A stretch of 64,000 nucleotides of DNA from NCBI GenBank assembly GCA_044229845.1, contig JBGASG010000007.1, positions 192,001 through 256,000 on the forward strand. Direction: 5' to 3'. The translations under genes and the position numbers were made by a program. This DNA comes from Candidatus Obscuribacteraceae bacterium. Its GTDB lineage: Bacteria > Cyanobacteriota > Vampirovibrionia > Obscuribacterales > Obscuribacteraceae. Positions 40,108-49,764 of the stretch are shown here, one piece after another. Within the stretch, counting starts at the first letter, position 1. Each line of letters begins with the position of its first letter. The notes beneath the pieces were generated by a model. That model was not told the DNA's origin and did not search any database. It saw only the letters and a list, made by a program, of their open reading frames with translations.

Positions 40108-42893
40108 TTGAAAACGCTGTACTTGTATGTGCACACCCACTGGGACCGCGAGTGGTATCTACCATTCGAAGGGTTTCGAACCTCTCTGGTCGATGTCGCC
40201 AGGCGTATCGTCCGCGACCTGAAAATCGGGCAGCTGCCACATTTTTATTTCGATGGGCAGTCTGTAATTTTCGAGGATATCCTAGAAATCGCTCCTCAGT
40301 ATGCGGAACAGTTTCGGCAGCTGATGAGCGAGGGAAGGCTGTCGGCCGGACCCTGGTATGTGCTTGCGGATCAGATGCTGGTGGGTGGAGAGAGTCTGGT
40401 GCGCAACCTGCACATCGGACTGAAGGAAACTTCCCGATACGGCACGCCCAGCAAAATCGGCTACTGTCCGGATACGTTTGGTCATTCGCAGGATTTGCCG
40501 CGCATCCTGTCCGGGTTTGGCATCCTGTCGACCGTGATCTGGCGAGGTGTGCCCAGACTGGATTCGCCGGTATTTTGGTGGCAGAGCCCCGACGGCAGCC
40601 GCGTTCTCGCTTATCATTTGACCAACGGTTATTACCAGACTGGTTTTCACGAACTGGGCGGTGAACCGGGAGGCGCTGCGGTGGCAGCTGGGGCAGCAGC
40701 TAAGCGCGGTGCGTTGGAAGCAGCGAAAGACGGGTTGAAGAAACTGACTAACGAACTGCGTTCGTGGGTGGAAGTCGGCGATGGAGACAATGGGCATATA
40801 AGTCCTTATTGCAGCCTTGTGGATGGCGCTCTGCATCCGGTCGGAGCCGATCACTGTGCGCCGCCGTTCAATTTCGCCAGTACTGTCGAGAAGATCAATC
40901 AAGCTCTGTCCGCCGACAAGGTGCCACTGAAGGCGGTATCATGTAGCTTGACCGAGTATTTGGAGCGCGTGCAGACCGCTCTGGAGAAACACAAAGTGCG
41001 GGTTGGACTTCTGGAGGGCGAGATGCGCGACAACAGCGCCGCCAAGCAGTATGCCCGCAGCTATTTATTGTACGGAGTGCTGAGCACGCGGCTTTATTTG
41101 AAGCGCGCAAATCGACTGGCGGAATACAAATTGAGTCGTCTCTGGGAACCACTGCTCTCTTCGCTGCACGTCCGGAAGAAGCTGGCGTATCCAGGTCAGG
41201 AGCTGCGTTTTGCCTGGAAGCTGCTGCTCAAAAATCATCCGCACGACAGCATTTGTGGTTGCAGCGTCGACGCCGTTCACGATGAGATGATGGTGCGTTT
41301 CTCACGGCTGGATCAGCTACTGTCCGTGATTGAAAAGGCTGCCGAGAACGCCAGTGCAGGGAAGACTGAATCCAAAAGCCGGGTCAGCGGCTGCCTGTAT
41401 CGGACCTGGTGCAACTGGAAGCGCGCGAGCCTTGCGATCAGCTCTTCGCCGGCTGGGGAGAAGTGCCGTATTACAAGCTGGTAGACGGCTGTCAGGGATG
41501 GGTGTGGGCTCAAGATGTTCCTGCTCACGGCAGTCGCAGTATTTCTTGGCCCGCTGAAAAGCCGGCTGCCGCACGGGCAGAAAAGAAACGGCATGCAGGC
41601 GCCGGGAACCCGGCACCGCCTGCTGTGCCCGTTTCGAAGGCGCACGGTCGAGCCATGTCCAACGGACTCTTGCATCTTTCGGTCGAAGGGGACGGTACGC
41701 TAGTTGTCACCAGTACTTTACCGGGTCGCGCCGTCCACAGTTATCGCCTGGCACACAAGCTGCGTGATACCGGCGACGGTGGCGACAGCTATAATTATGA
41801 TCCGCTGCCGCGCGACAAGCCACTTTATGCTCGCTTTGAATCGGTGAATGTCAAACGGCGGGGTCCCCTGGTTTCTACACTGGAGATCACTTATTCGCTG
41901 GACATTCCAGAAGGGATTGTAGAGCCGGAGCGCCTGCAGTCGTCGTCGCATAAAGCGCCGGTCTCGAAGGCACCGTCGTTCAGGCGGTCGCGTACGCGCG
42001 TCAGCCACAAGATCACTACTGAGGTTTCGCTCTACCGCGGGCTGCCGATTGTTTTCTTCAACACCAGATGGAACAATCAAGCTCGAGACCACAGGCTGGA
42101 GGTGGTGTTCGATACAGGCAGCCCTGTGCATACCTCGCACTCGGAAAATCACTTCAGCCTGGTGAGGCGCTCGCATTTTGCGTCGCCTCGGGGCAAATCA
42201 CCGCTAAGCGAACTGCCGGTTGCCGAGGCTACTGAAGCGGTTCCCGATCGTTTTCCGTGCCAGCGATTCTTCATCGCCAACGGGCAGCTATTCTTGAACA
42301 GTGGATTACCCGAATACGGAGTCGAACGCAGCACTGTCACCTACACGGTATTGCGTGCCATGTCGTACCTGTCGCGTCCGCGACTGCGGACTCGCGGTGG
42401 TGGTGCTGGTCCAAGCTTGCCCGTCCCAGGCTCTAATTGTCTGGGCGAAAATTTGGTTTCCTACGGGTGGGCACCGCTATCGGTGCCGAAGCGAGCCGGT
42501 TCCAATGACTTACTCACAGACGAGCTGATTGTTGAGGCCTGCTCGCTTGCCGAACAATATGAAGGCTCCCTCTATCCATTGCTCGAGCGGGGTGATGCGG
42601 GAGAGCCCGATCGGCTCTACTTGTTGGATAATCCGGCGGTGCGCTGCGTCGCGCAGTTCGTGGAGGACGACGGGCGTACTCTAGTCTTGCGGTTGCTGAA
42701 TGTTGCGCAGAGCAAACAGAAGGTGCGGATAAATCCGCGGTTTCGTTTTCAATCTGCGGCAGCTTGTTGGTTGAATCTGGAAGTTATCTCTCCGGTCGTT
42801 TTCAACAATGATCAGGCGGAACTGCATTTCGGAGCGAACGAATTGAAGACTCTGCGCTTTGCGCTGAGCGAACCGGCGACTTGCGAAAACTAG
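40108..42893 (+). pseudogene. GH38 alpha-mannosidase split into two overlapping frames
   Basis: 40108..41484 carries HTHWDREWY, FDGQ, GPWY, PDTFGH and HDSICGCSVD. 41409..42893, in another frame, carries GDGGDSYNY, DHRL, GLPEY and ELKTL. Confidence 0.75.
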
Positions 42894-42937
42894 AAACCCT
42901 GGAACGCGAACTAGACTGGGACTGAGGATATGTTGGG

Positions 42938-43420
42938 ATGGACTATGTTTGGAACCCGTGGCGCTGGGCTTACATTTCCGGGAAGGAGAGAAAACGGGGC
43001 TGCGTCTTTTGCGACCTGCCGAAGGAGAACAAGGACGACGAGCATTTCATTCTCCATCGCGCAAGACTCTCCTACATCATCCTGAACATTTTTCCGTATA
43101 CCAGCGGGCATCTGATGATCGTTCCGTTCGAACATCAATCTTCACTGGCAGAACTGCCGGATGACACGACCAACGAGATGATGAATCTGGCAAAAATTTC
43201 TCAGCGGGCACTGGCTGAGGAGTACAAGCCGGACGGCTTCAACATTGGCATGAATCTAGGCGCGGCGGCTGGTGCAGGCATTGCGCAGCATGTGCATTTA
43301 CACGCCGTTCCTCGCTGGATTGGCGATGGCAATTTCATGTCGGTAATTGGTGAAACTCGCATGTTGCCTGAGTCTTTAGAGAACACTCTGCAGCGACTCA
43401 AGCCATACTTTCAGGCTTGA
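42938..43420 (+). CDS. HIT-family hydrolase
   Basis: CVFC, NIFPYTSGHLM, GFNIGMNLG and HVHLH. Confidence 0.93.
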   Translation: MDYVWNPWRWAYISGKERKRGCVFCDLPKENKDDEHFILHRARLSYIILNIFPYTSGHLMIVPFEHQSSLAELPDDTTNEMMNLAKISQRALAEEYKPDGFNIGMNLGAAAGAGIAQHVHLHAVPRWIGDGNFMSVIGETRMLPESLENTLQRLKPYFQA

Positions 43421-43475
43421 TATCCAAGTGATATGTGCTACTGTAGGTGGTGCCCTCTTCTAGAAAGAGCACGCA

Positions 43476-44045
43476 TTGGTCCTCAAAGATCGTGACATTC
43501 GGCAAGCTCTGCACAAGAGCGAAATCGTCCGTATTGTCGAGGCCGATCCAACCAGCTTGGTGCTCGACGAACTCGGTATCTTCCAGGGCAAGTATCGCAT
43601 CGATGTCGCGGTGGTCAACGGACAATTGACCGGTTTTGAGATAAAAAGCGCTGCCGATACTCTGGAGCGGCTACCCAAGCAGCAAAAGTTCTACAGTCAG
43701 GTCTTTGATCGCATCACACTGGTGGCGGACGAACGGCACGTGGTGGAAGCAATGAAAATCGTTCCACCCTGGTGGGGACTAATGGTTGCCACCACTCGTG
43801 ATGGCGAGCCTGTGGTCGAGGAGATCTGGCGCTCGCGCCAGAACCAGTCGGTCGATCCGTTTGCTCTTTGTCAACTGCTCTGGCGCGAGGAAGCCCTGGC
43901 GATTTTGCGTAAGAAGAAAAGGGCTGCAGATTTGCGCTCACGCTCCCGAAAGCTCATGTGGAAACGTTTGGCCAGCGAGCTGGAGCTCGAAGAGCTAAAA
44001 TATCTGGTTCTCAACACGCTCAAATTCCGCACAGATTGGCGCTGA
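43476..44045 (+). CDS. sce7726-family protein (PD-(D/E)xK-like)
   Basis: LKDRDIR...DELG...RIDVAVVNG.LTGFEIKS..DTLERL..Q...YSQVFD...PPWWG...WR. Confidence 0.8.
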   Translation: MVLKDRDIRQALHKSEIVRIVEADPTSLVLDELGIFQGKYRIDVAVVNGQLTGFEIKSAADTLERLPKQQKFYSQVFDRITLVADERHVVEAMKIVPPWWGLMVATTRDGEPVVEEIWRSRQNQSVDPFALCQLLWREEALAILRKKKRAADLRSRSRKLMWKRLASELELEELKYLVLNTLKFRTDWR

Positions 44046-44092
44046 AGCCTCTTCAGGAAGCCAAGACAACACCTGATAGCGGAGGTCACCAA

Positions 44093-44120
44093 AGATCTCA
44101 ACCGATATCGGTTGAGATCT
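44093..44120. repeat. Palindromic repeat copy 5 (28 bp, perfect)
   Basis: AGATCTCAACCGAT|ATCGGTTGAGATCT. Confidence 0.95.
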
Positions 44121-44201
44121 CGAGGGAACTGTAGAGCCGTGCCGGTGGTCAAGGGTAGAAATTGCGGGGAATTTGCTCGTCGGGGCAAAAGAGGCGGTGC
44201 T

Positions 44202-44702
44202 GTGTCGATTCCGGATGTGATAGAGCCTCAGAAGCTCGATGACTACTTGGAGATCATGACCCGGGCTGTATTTCAGGCTGGAGTCAGCTGGGCGCTGGTG
44301 GATAAGAAGTGGGCTGCATTTCGTAAGGCATTTGCCGACTTTGATGTGGAGCGAGTTTCGAGGTTCGACGAGGACGATATGAAGCGTCTGTGTGAAGACG
44401 AAGGCATTCTGCGCAGCAAGAAGAAAATCCAGGCCACTGTCGAGAACGCTCAAATCATGAGGGAGTTGGACAAAGAGCACGGAAGTTTTTCCGCGTATCT
44501 TCATTCATTCGCATCCTATGAAGCTCTGAGCAACGACATACGGCGGCGTTTCCGCTTCGTCGGTGAGTTGAGCGTCTACTACATGCTGTTTCGCGTTGGT
44601 GAGCCGGTGCCACCATTTGATGCGTGGGTACGGACGATTCCTGGAGACCACCCGCGCATGCGGGAGATGGTTGAGCAGGCTGAACGCGCGAAGAAGCCCT
44701 GA
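44202..44702 (+). CDS. DNA-3-methyladenine glycosylase I-like protein
   Basis: FQAGVSW...KW.AFRKAF.DFD...ILRSKKKIQATVENA...FRFVG. Confidence 0.85.
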   Translation: MSIPDVIEPQKLDDYLEIMTRAVFQAGVSWALVDKKWAAFRKAFADFDVERVSRFDEDDMKRLCEDEGILRSKKKIQATVENAQIMRELDKEHGSFSAYLHSFASYEALSNDIRRRFRFVGELSVYYMLFRVGEPVPPFDAWVRTIPGDHPRMREMVEQAERAKKP

Positions 44703-44827
44703 GTTCAGGATTTTAGGAGGGTTCGCCGGGCTGTCGCTGCTTTGCTTGTCGACGGGCATAAGAAATTGGTGCAATTAGCACAAGCGCCGTACAATGACGT
44801 TAGGTCTGATTGAGGACAGGAAAGTTT

Positions 44828-45745
44828 ATGCGTCGTCTGCTGTTTCATCTGAGCTTGGTTGCGGCCATTGCTGGAGTTTCGTCCATGCTGCCCGCGGCGG
44901 CCGGCAGCAAGAAATCCAAATGGGCGGACTCGCCGCTGGCAGCTGAACAACAAGCCCAGATGACGAAAGCGACCAAAGCTATGCGCTCGGGTAAGTACGA
45001 GCGCGCTGAGGGCTATGTTCTACAGACGCTTGATTCCAGCTCGGACGTCGCGAAGTGCCTGGCGATTGCCGACGCAACGGAGGGCACCGCCTATCCCATG
45101 CTGGAAGCCCGTCGTAAGTGTTTGAACAAAGCGCTCGGTCTTTGCTCAACTCGCGAGGATTTTATTCTAGTGGCGCTGAGAGCGCGTAAGTATCAGTTTT
45201 TCGAAGTAACCCGTGCGTGCGTCACGGCACTGATAAAAAACGCGCGCACAGTCAGCGACTTGTACGATCTGGCGCACAAATCCCAAGAGGTTGCTCTCAA
45301 CGACATATCTCACCTGGCGATGGAAAAGGCCTACACCGGCATCAAGACTGTGCCGGATGCGGTCAGGTTTGCCACCGAGGCTAAGTCGCTTGGCATGGAA
45401 GATCTGCAGCGCAAAACCGTCAAAGATTTGATTGATGACGAGGACGATACGCGCAATCTTTGCGAATTGCTTTTGCAAATTGAGCCGATTCTGCAGCGCG
45501 ATCAATTGCGCTATTTGCTGAAGAAAGCTCTGGATAAAGCGACCTCCGTCGGTCATATGGAGGATATTCGGGACTTGTCCAGGCGCTTTAATGAGCCCGA
45601 TATCGCCAATCGAGCTGCGTTCTTTGCCCGCAAGGGTCGGCTCATGCAAGAACAGAAAGACGCAGCGGGAGGCGCCAACTCGGCAGACCGGTTCGGTCCA
45701 TCGGGAGCGGCGGCACCTGGACAAACGCAGGGAAGCGGCTTTTAA
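44828..45745 (+). CDS. Exported alpha-helical repeat hypothetical protein
   Basis: Signal peptide followed by helical repeats. Confidence 0.78.
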   Translation: MRRLLFHLSLVAAIAGVSSMLPAAAGSKKSKWADSPLAAEQQAQMTKATKAMRSGKYERAEGYVLQTLDSSSDVAKCLAIADATEGTAYPMLEARRKCLNKALGLCSTREDFILVALRARKYQFFEVTRACVTALIKNARTVSDLYDLAHKSQEVALNDISHLAMEKAYTGIKTVPDAVRFATEAKSLGMEDLQRKTVKDLIDDEDDTRNLCELLLQIEPILQRDQLRYLLKKALDKATSVGHMEDIRDLSRRFNEPDIANRAAFFARKGRLMQEQKDAAGGANSADRFGPSGAAAPGQTQGSGF

Positions 45746-45947
45746 AGCCAGCACACTGCCCGAACTCCGCTGGACCCTGGCCGCGCGTACTGGCGCCAGT
45801 GTGGCTGACGAAGGCGTGGATTTTGCTGCAACTCGTCCGGTTCGTCTAGGCTAGGGCGCGCATACACAAACGCCTGACGATGGCGTTCCTGCAATGAATT
45901 CAGCGCTTCCTGCGGAGCGACTCTGGAGGCGCGGACTTGCTGATCGG

Positions 45948-46325
45948 CTACGCGTCGTTCAGTCGTTCTGCCATCGCCATCAGCGAGGACGGCTCTAGAT
46001 TGAGCGCCCAGGCCAGGCGACAAACATTTTTGAACGACAGACTGCGGCAGCCGCGTTCGATGTCACTAATGTAGGTCCTGTGCAGTCCCGAGATTGTAGA
46101 GAGCTGCTCTTGGGACATCGACAAGCTGGCCCGCTGTTTGGCTACCGCCTTGCCGAGCAGCTTGACCATTAGTTGGGCACTGCTAACGGTGCTGTCGCCG
46201 TTATGAGTTGGATCACCGGTCATGATCTCATCGACGGGGGCTGCATCCCCGCCTGTCATACCCTCAGTGATGGCTCGTGTCGTGCCGGTTTCTGGCGTGT
46301 GATCTTCCTTACTCAACGAAAACAA
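45948..46325 (-). CDS. XRE-family HTH transcriptional regulator (start uncertain)
   Basis: SQEQLS..SGLHRTYISDIERG.R. Confidence 0.85.
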   Translation of the reverse strand: MFSLSKEDHTPETGTTRAITEGMTGGDAAPVDEIMTGDPTHNGDSTVSSAQLMVKLLGKAVAKQRASLSMSQEQLSTISGLHRTYISDIERGCRSLSFKNVCRLAWALNLEPSSLMAMAERLNDA

Positions 46326-46607
46326 ATTCTGAACCCTCCCGAAAACCTAGCAACAAGTTTTCGAGCTACCCCTGAATCCATTCTTCTACAAAGTCAGCTC
46401 GTTGTGAAGGGGGCGAAACCGTTAGCCTACAGGGATCAGAGTTTGTTCAAAGCCAACATGAGAGGATGCGAAGGGACTGATGCCAGAGCGGCAAGTTCAA
46501 TATGTGTGCAGCTTTGCGCTTCTTATCCAGTTGTCGATGCATATTTTAGAATGCGCCCTAAATCATCTGCTTATTGATCTGGCTGCGACGGCTCAGTCTG
46601 CGACGTC

Positions 46608-47390
46608 TCAATGGAAAGCCAGCGCGGTGAGAAACACTCCACCTGCTTCGGCGATCTCCACGGCAAATCCATACGTGTCGCCCGTTTGACCGCCCAGCAA
46701 AGCTTGAACAAAGTAGCAGGCAGCCAATCCGCAGGTGATGCAAGCCAGCGCACACGCTGCCGGCAACCAGCTGTGCAGTGTGATGGTCAAAAGAGCTGTC
46801 GCCGCCACCGGCAAGGCTGCCGCGATCAGTACATCGCGTGGAAAAACGGTGGTGTCGTGCCAAATTTTGCCCATGCCGGCGGGGCGGGCGTAGTCGAAGG
46901 CGCCGATGGCGTAGGTTTCGCACCACCTGGACCAGGCGGGCACCAGCAGCAAGACAGACCATGCCTGGTGTTGGAACAGAACCAAAAGAGCCGCGCACTT
47001 GAGCAGCACCACTGCCAGTGCGGCGATCACAGCGAAATTGCCGCTGCGGCTGTCACGCATGATTTCCAGCATGCGCTCGCGTGAACGGTGGGAAAATACA
47101 CCATCTGCGGTGTCCAGCAGTCCATCAAAATGAATACCGCCGGTGATCAACAGCCAGGAGAGCCAGATAGAAACGCATGCCAGAACTGCGTTGGCGTGAA
47201 GCTCCTTCAGTCCAAAGAATATCGCACATAGAATCGCGCCAATCAGGAGCCCAACGGCAGGCAGGTAGACGGATAATCCAGAAAGGCTGTCGGTGTCGGA
47301 CGTCTCAGCGGTTCCATCATCGCTGTGCCGGCAAAGTGGCAGGCAAGTGACAAATGACAGGCAAGTCAAAAATTTTGCGATGCAGTTCAT
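46608..47390 (-). CDS. cobS: Adenosylcobinamide-GDP ribazoletransferase
   Basis: TGGIHFDGLLDTADG, LEIMRDSRSG and GGQTGDTYG. Confidence 0.93.
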   Translation of the reverse strand: MNCIAKFLTCLSFVTCLPLCRHSDDGTAETSDTDSLSGLSVYLPAVGLLIGAILCAIFFGLKELHANAVLACVSIWLSWLLITGGIHFDGLLDTADGVFSHRSRERMLEIMRDSRSGNFAVIAALAVVLLKCAALLVLFQHQAWSVLLLVPAWSRWCETYAIGAFDYARPAGMGKIWHDTTVFPRDVLIAAALPVAATALLTITLHSWLPAACALACITCGLAACYFVQALLGGQTGDTYGFAVEIAEAGGVFLTALAFH

Positions 47391-47436
47391 AATGATTCGT
47401 CAGGGCAGCGTGATTTGATCAGGAAGCGTGATTTCT

Positions 47437-48771
47437 TCAGGGCACTTCAGCTGTGTATTCCGGGCGTTCGGCGATGTTTTCCTGATTGCCGACGATCAAG
47501 AGTTTTTTCTTGGGACTGAAGTAGTCTGCCAAATCGGCGGTATGCCGAATGAAGTTAGGATTGGATTCCAGCGCTGAGCAGCGTATTAAAAGCTGATCGA
47601 CCAGCGCGGCCATGGCCTCGTCTGGCAGCGAGAGCGCGCCTCGATCACTGGCATGATACTCCAGCAGCTCCTGGTGCCACGGCAAGTCGCAGTCCGGTTG
47701 CAGGTGTGCCACTATATCTGGTGTGATTGGTAACGGCGAGTTATTGGGAATGCCATAGGCGAAAAGAACCCGGTAGCCGTCGTTGCGTGTCAACATTCGA
47801 AATGAATCGATCAGTTCTTCGCCCCAGGCAATCACAAGCAGAGTGCGGTCCAGGCGGCTGAAGTCGCTGATCGCCTCGACTGGCAGGTCCAGGAGACGCC
47901 CCAGTGCCTCGGCCAGCGGCCGGGCGCTGTGCGAATGATATTCGATCATGTCGAACTCCATTCCGACGGCATCCATGGCGCCGCGCATTGAAAGCACCGC
48001 TTCTGCCACCTTCGACATCTCACTGCCGGCGGTATCAGCGTGCGCGATGCCCGAGAGGGAGAGATCTTCGAGCAGCAATCCACCGTAGAGAATGAAAAAC
48101 CAGTCGCGGGCATTCAGCGAAGGCTTGCTGGAGAGGAGTTCGAGGCGGCGCAGACTGAGCTTGCGATTGGCCAGCTCTTTCTGAATTTCGTCTTTGCCGC
48201 CGACGCTGGCGGTATCGGTGGTTTCGGACAGCTCCACAAGGCGTTCTAGATGATGCCTGGCTTTTTGCGCATCGCGTTTCAATGTATAGCACACTGAAAT
48301 ATTCAGATGAGTGTCGAAGTCTTCCGCCAGCGCCAGAGCTTTCTCAAAATGCGGCAGTGCCTCGTCGAACTTCCTGACGGCCATCAGGGCGAACCCTAGC
48401 TCGTAGCGGATCACCGGTTCGTCCGGACAAACGCGCACCGCATAATCGAGCAACATGGCGGCCAGCTGGAACTGGCGCTCATCGATCAACTGATAACCTG
48501 TATCAAAGAGTAGTTGCGGACTGGATTCCAGAACATTGTCTGTGGCGGCGAACTTAAGCAGCTGTTCTGCCAGAGGGGCCCGTCCTGACTGTTCGACGAT
48601 GCGGGCCAAAAGACGAACAGCTTGCATGTCTTCGGGGTGCGACAGCCAGTAACCGCGTGCTAAGTCGAAACTACCCGTGGTGTCACCGGCGGACAGCATT
48701 TCCTCAGCCCGTTTCAGTGTTTGTCCGCCGGTTAAAGCCGGCAGACTGTTGCCGGCAGTGGTATCGTCCAT
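47437..48771 (-). CDS. TPR-containing hypothetical protein
   Basis: YELGFALM...ALPHFEKAL TPR-like repeats. Confidence 0.75.
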   Translation of the reverse strand: MDDTTAGNSLPALTGGQTLKRAEEMLSAGDTTGSFDLARGYWLSHPEDMQAVRLLARIVEQSGRAPLAEQLLKFAATDNVLESSPQLLFDTGYQLIDERQFQLAAMLLDYAVRVCPDEPVIRYELGFALMAVRKFDEALPHFEKALALAEDFDTHLNISVCYTLKRDAQKARHHLERLVELSETTDTASVGGKDEIQKELANRKLSLRRLELLSSKPSLNARDWFFILYGGLLLEDLSLSGIAHADTAGSEMSKVAEAVLSMRGAMDAVGMEFDMIEYHSHSARPLAEALGRLLDLPVEAISDFSRLDRTLLVIAWGEELIDSFRMLTRNDGYRVLFAYGIPNNSPLPITPDIVAHLQPDCDLPWHQELLEYHASDRGALSLPDEAMAALVDQLLIRCSALESNPNFIRHTADLADYFSPKKKLLIVGNQENIAERPEYTAEVP

Positions 48772-48775
48772 GGTG

Positions 48776-49663
48776 CTAGGCCGTAATCAACTCTTCGGCC
48801 AATTCGCCGGCGTGATAAGAACTGCGGACCAGCGGCCCTGAATGCACCTGGCGGAACCCGAGACCAGTCCCGATGTCGGCCAATTCGGCAAATTCTTCAG
48901 GAGTTACGTAGCGATGCACCGGGAGGTTGTTGCGTGTCGGGCGCAGGTATTGCCCAAGGGTGAGGATGTCGCAACCCACCTGGCGCAGGTCCTGCATCAC
49001 CGCCACAATTTCGTCTTTCGACTCGCCCAGTCCAAGCATCAAACCAGACTTAGTCAGCAGCGCCGTATCCAACTCCTTGCAGATTTCCAAAACCCGCAGT
49101 GACCGCTCGTAAATCGAGCCCGGACGCACCCGTTTGTAAAGGCGCGGCACTGTTTCTACATTATGGTTGTAGACCGCGGGATGGGCTGCCACCACCGTGG
49201 CAATTGCGTCACGCTTGCCTTGAAAGTCGGGCGTTAGAACTTCCACAACCACTCCCGGAATCCCTTCGTAAAGCGCGGTAATTGTGCGGGCAAAGTGGTT
49301 GGATCCTTGATCCGGAAGCTCATCCCGATTGACTGAGGTCAGTACCACGTGGCGCAGCCCCATTTGGCGAGCGGCTTCCACGATGCGCAATGGTTCGGTG
49401 TCGTCAAGCGGCTCCGGCTTGCCTTTGTTGACCGCACAGAACTTGCAGGTGCGAGTGCAGACCTCTCCCATAAGCATGAAAGTAGCAGTGCGTTTAGCCC
49501 AGCACTCGCCTTTGTTCGGGCAACGTCCGCTTTCGCATATGGTATTCAGTCCCTGCTCTTTGAGAATTTTGCGTACCGAGCGATTTTCCTCGGTATTTAG
49601 CACAGTGCGTCGCACCCAATCGGGCAACCGCTCGGTGGTGCCGGAAACCGGCTTCTCGTCCAT
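48776..49663 (-). CDS. lipA: Lipoyl synthase
   Basis: CESGRCPNKGEC, CTRTCKFC, NHNVETV, GQYL and VRSSYHA. Confidence 0.96.
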   Translation of the reverse strand: MDEKPVSGTTERLPDWVRRTVLNTEENRSVRKILKEQGLNTICESGRCPNKGECWAKRTATFMLMGEVCTRTCKFCAVNKGKPEPLDDTEPLRIVEAARQMGLRHVVLTSVNRDELPDQGSNHFARTITALYEGIPGVVVEVLTPDFQGKRDAIATVVAAHPAVYNHNVETVPRLYKRVRPGSIYERSLRVLEICKELDTALLTKSGLMLGLGESKDEIVAVMQDLRQVGCDILTLGQYLRPTRNNLPVHRYVTPEEFAELADIGTGLGFRQVHSGPLVRSSYHAGELAEELITA

Positions 49664-49688
49664 CGTTTCTCTCCATAACCGGCCAGAA

Positions 49689-49709
49689 AATCTCAACCGA
49701 TATCGGTTG
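49689..49709. repeat. Palindromic repeat copy 6
   Basis: AATCTCAACCGATATCGGTTG, about 25 bp upstream of the lipA start. Confidence 0.92.
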
Positions 49710-49764
49710 GGTTTCGCCGTTCCTAGTCAAGGTCATTATTGTACGCGCCCGCGCCCGGAAAAGC

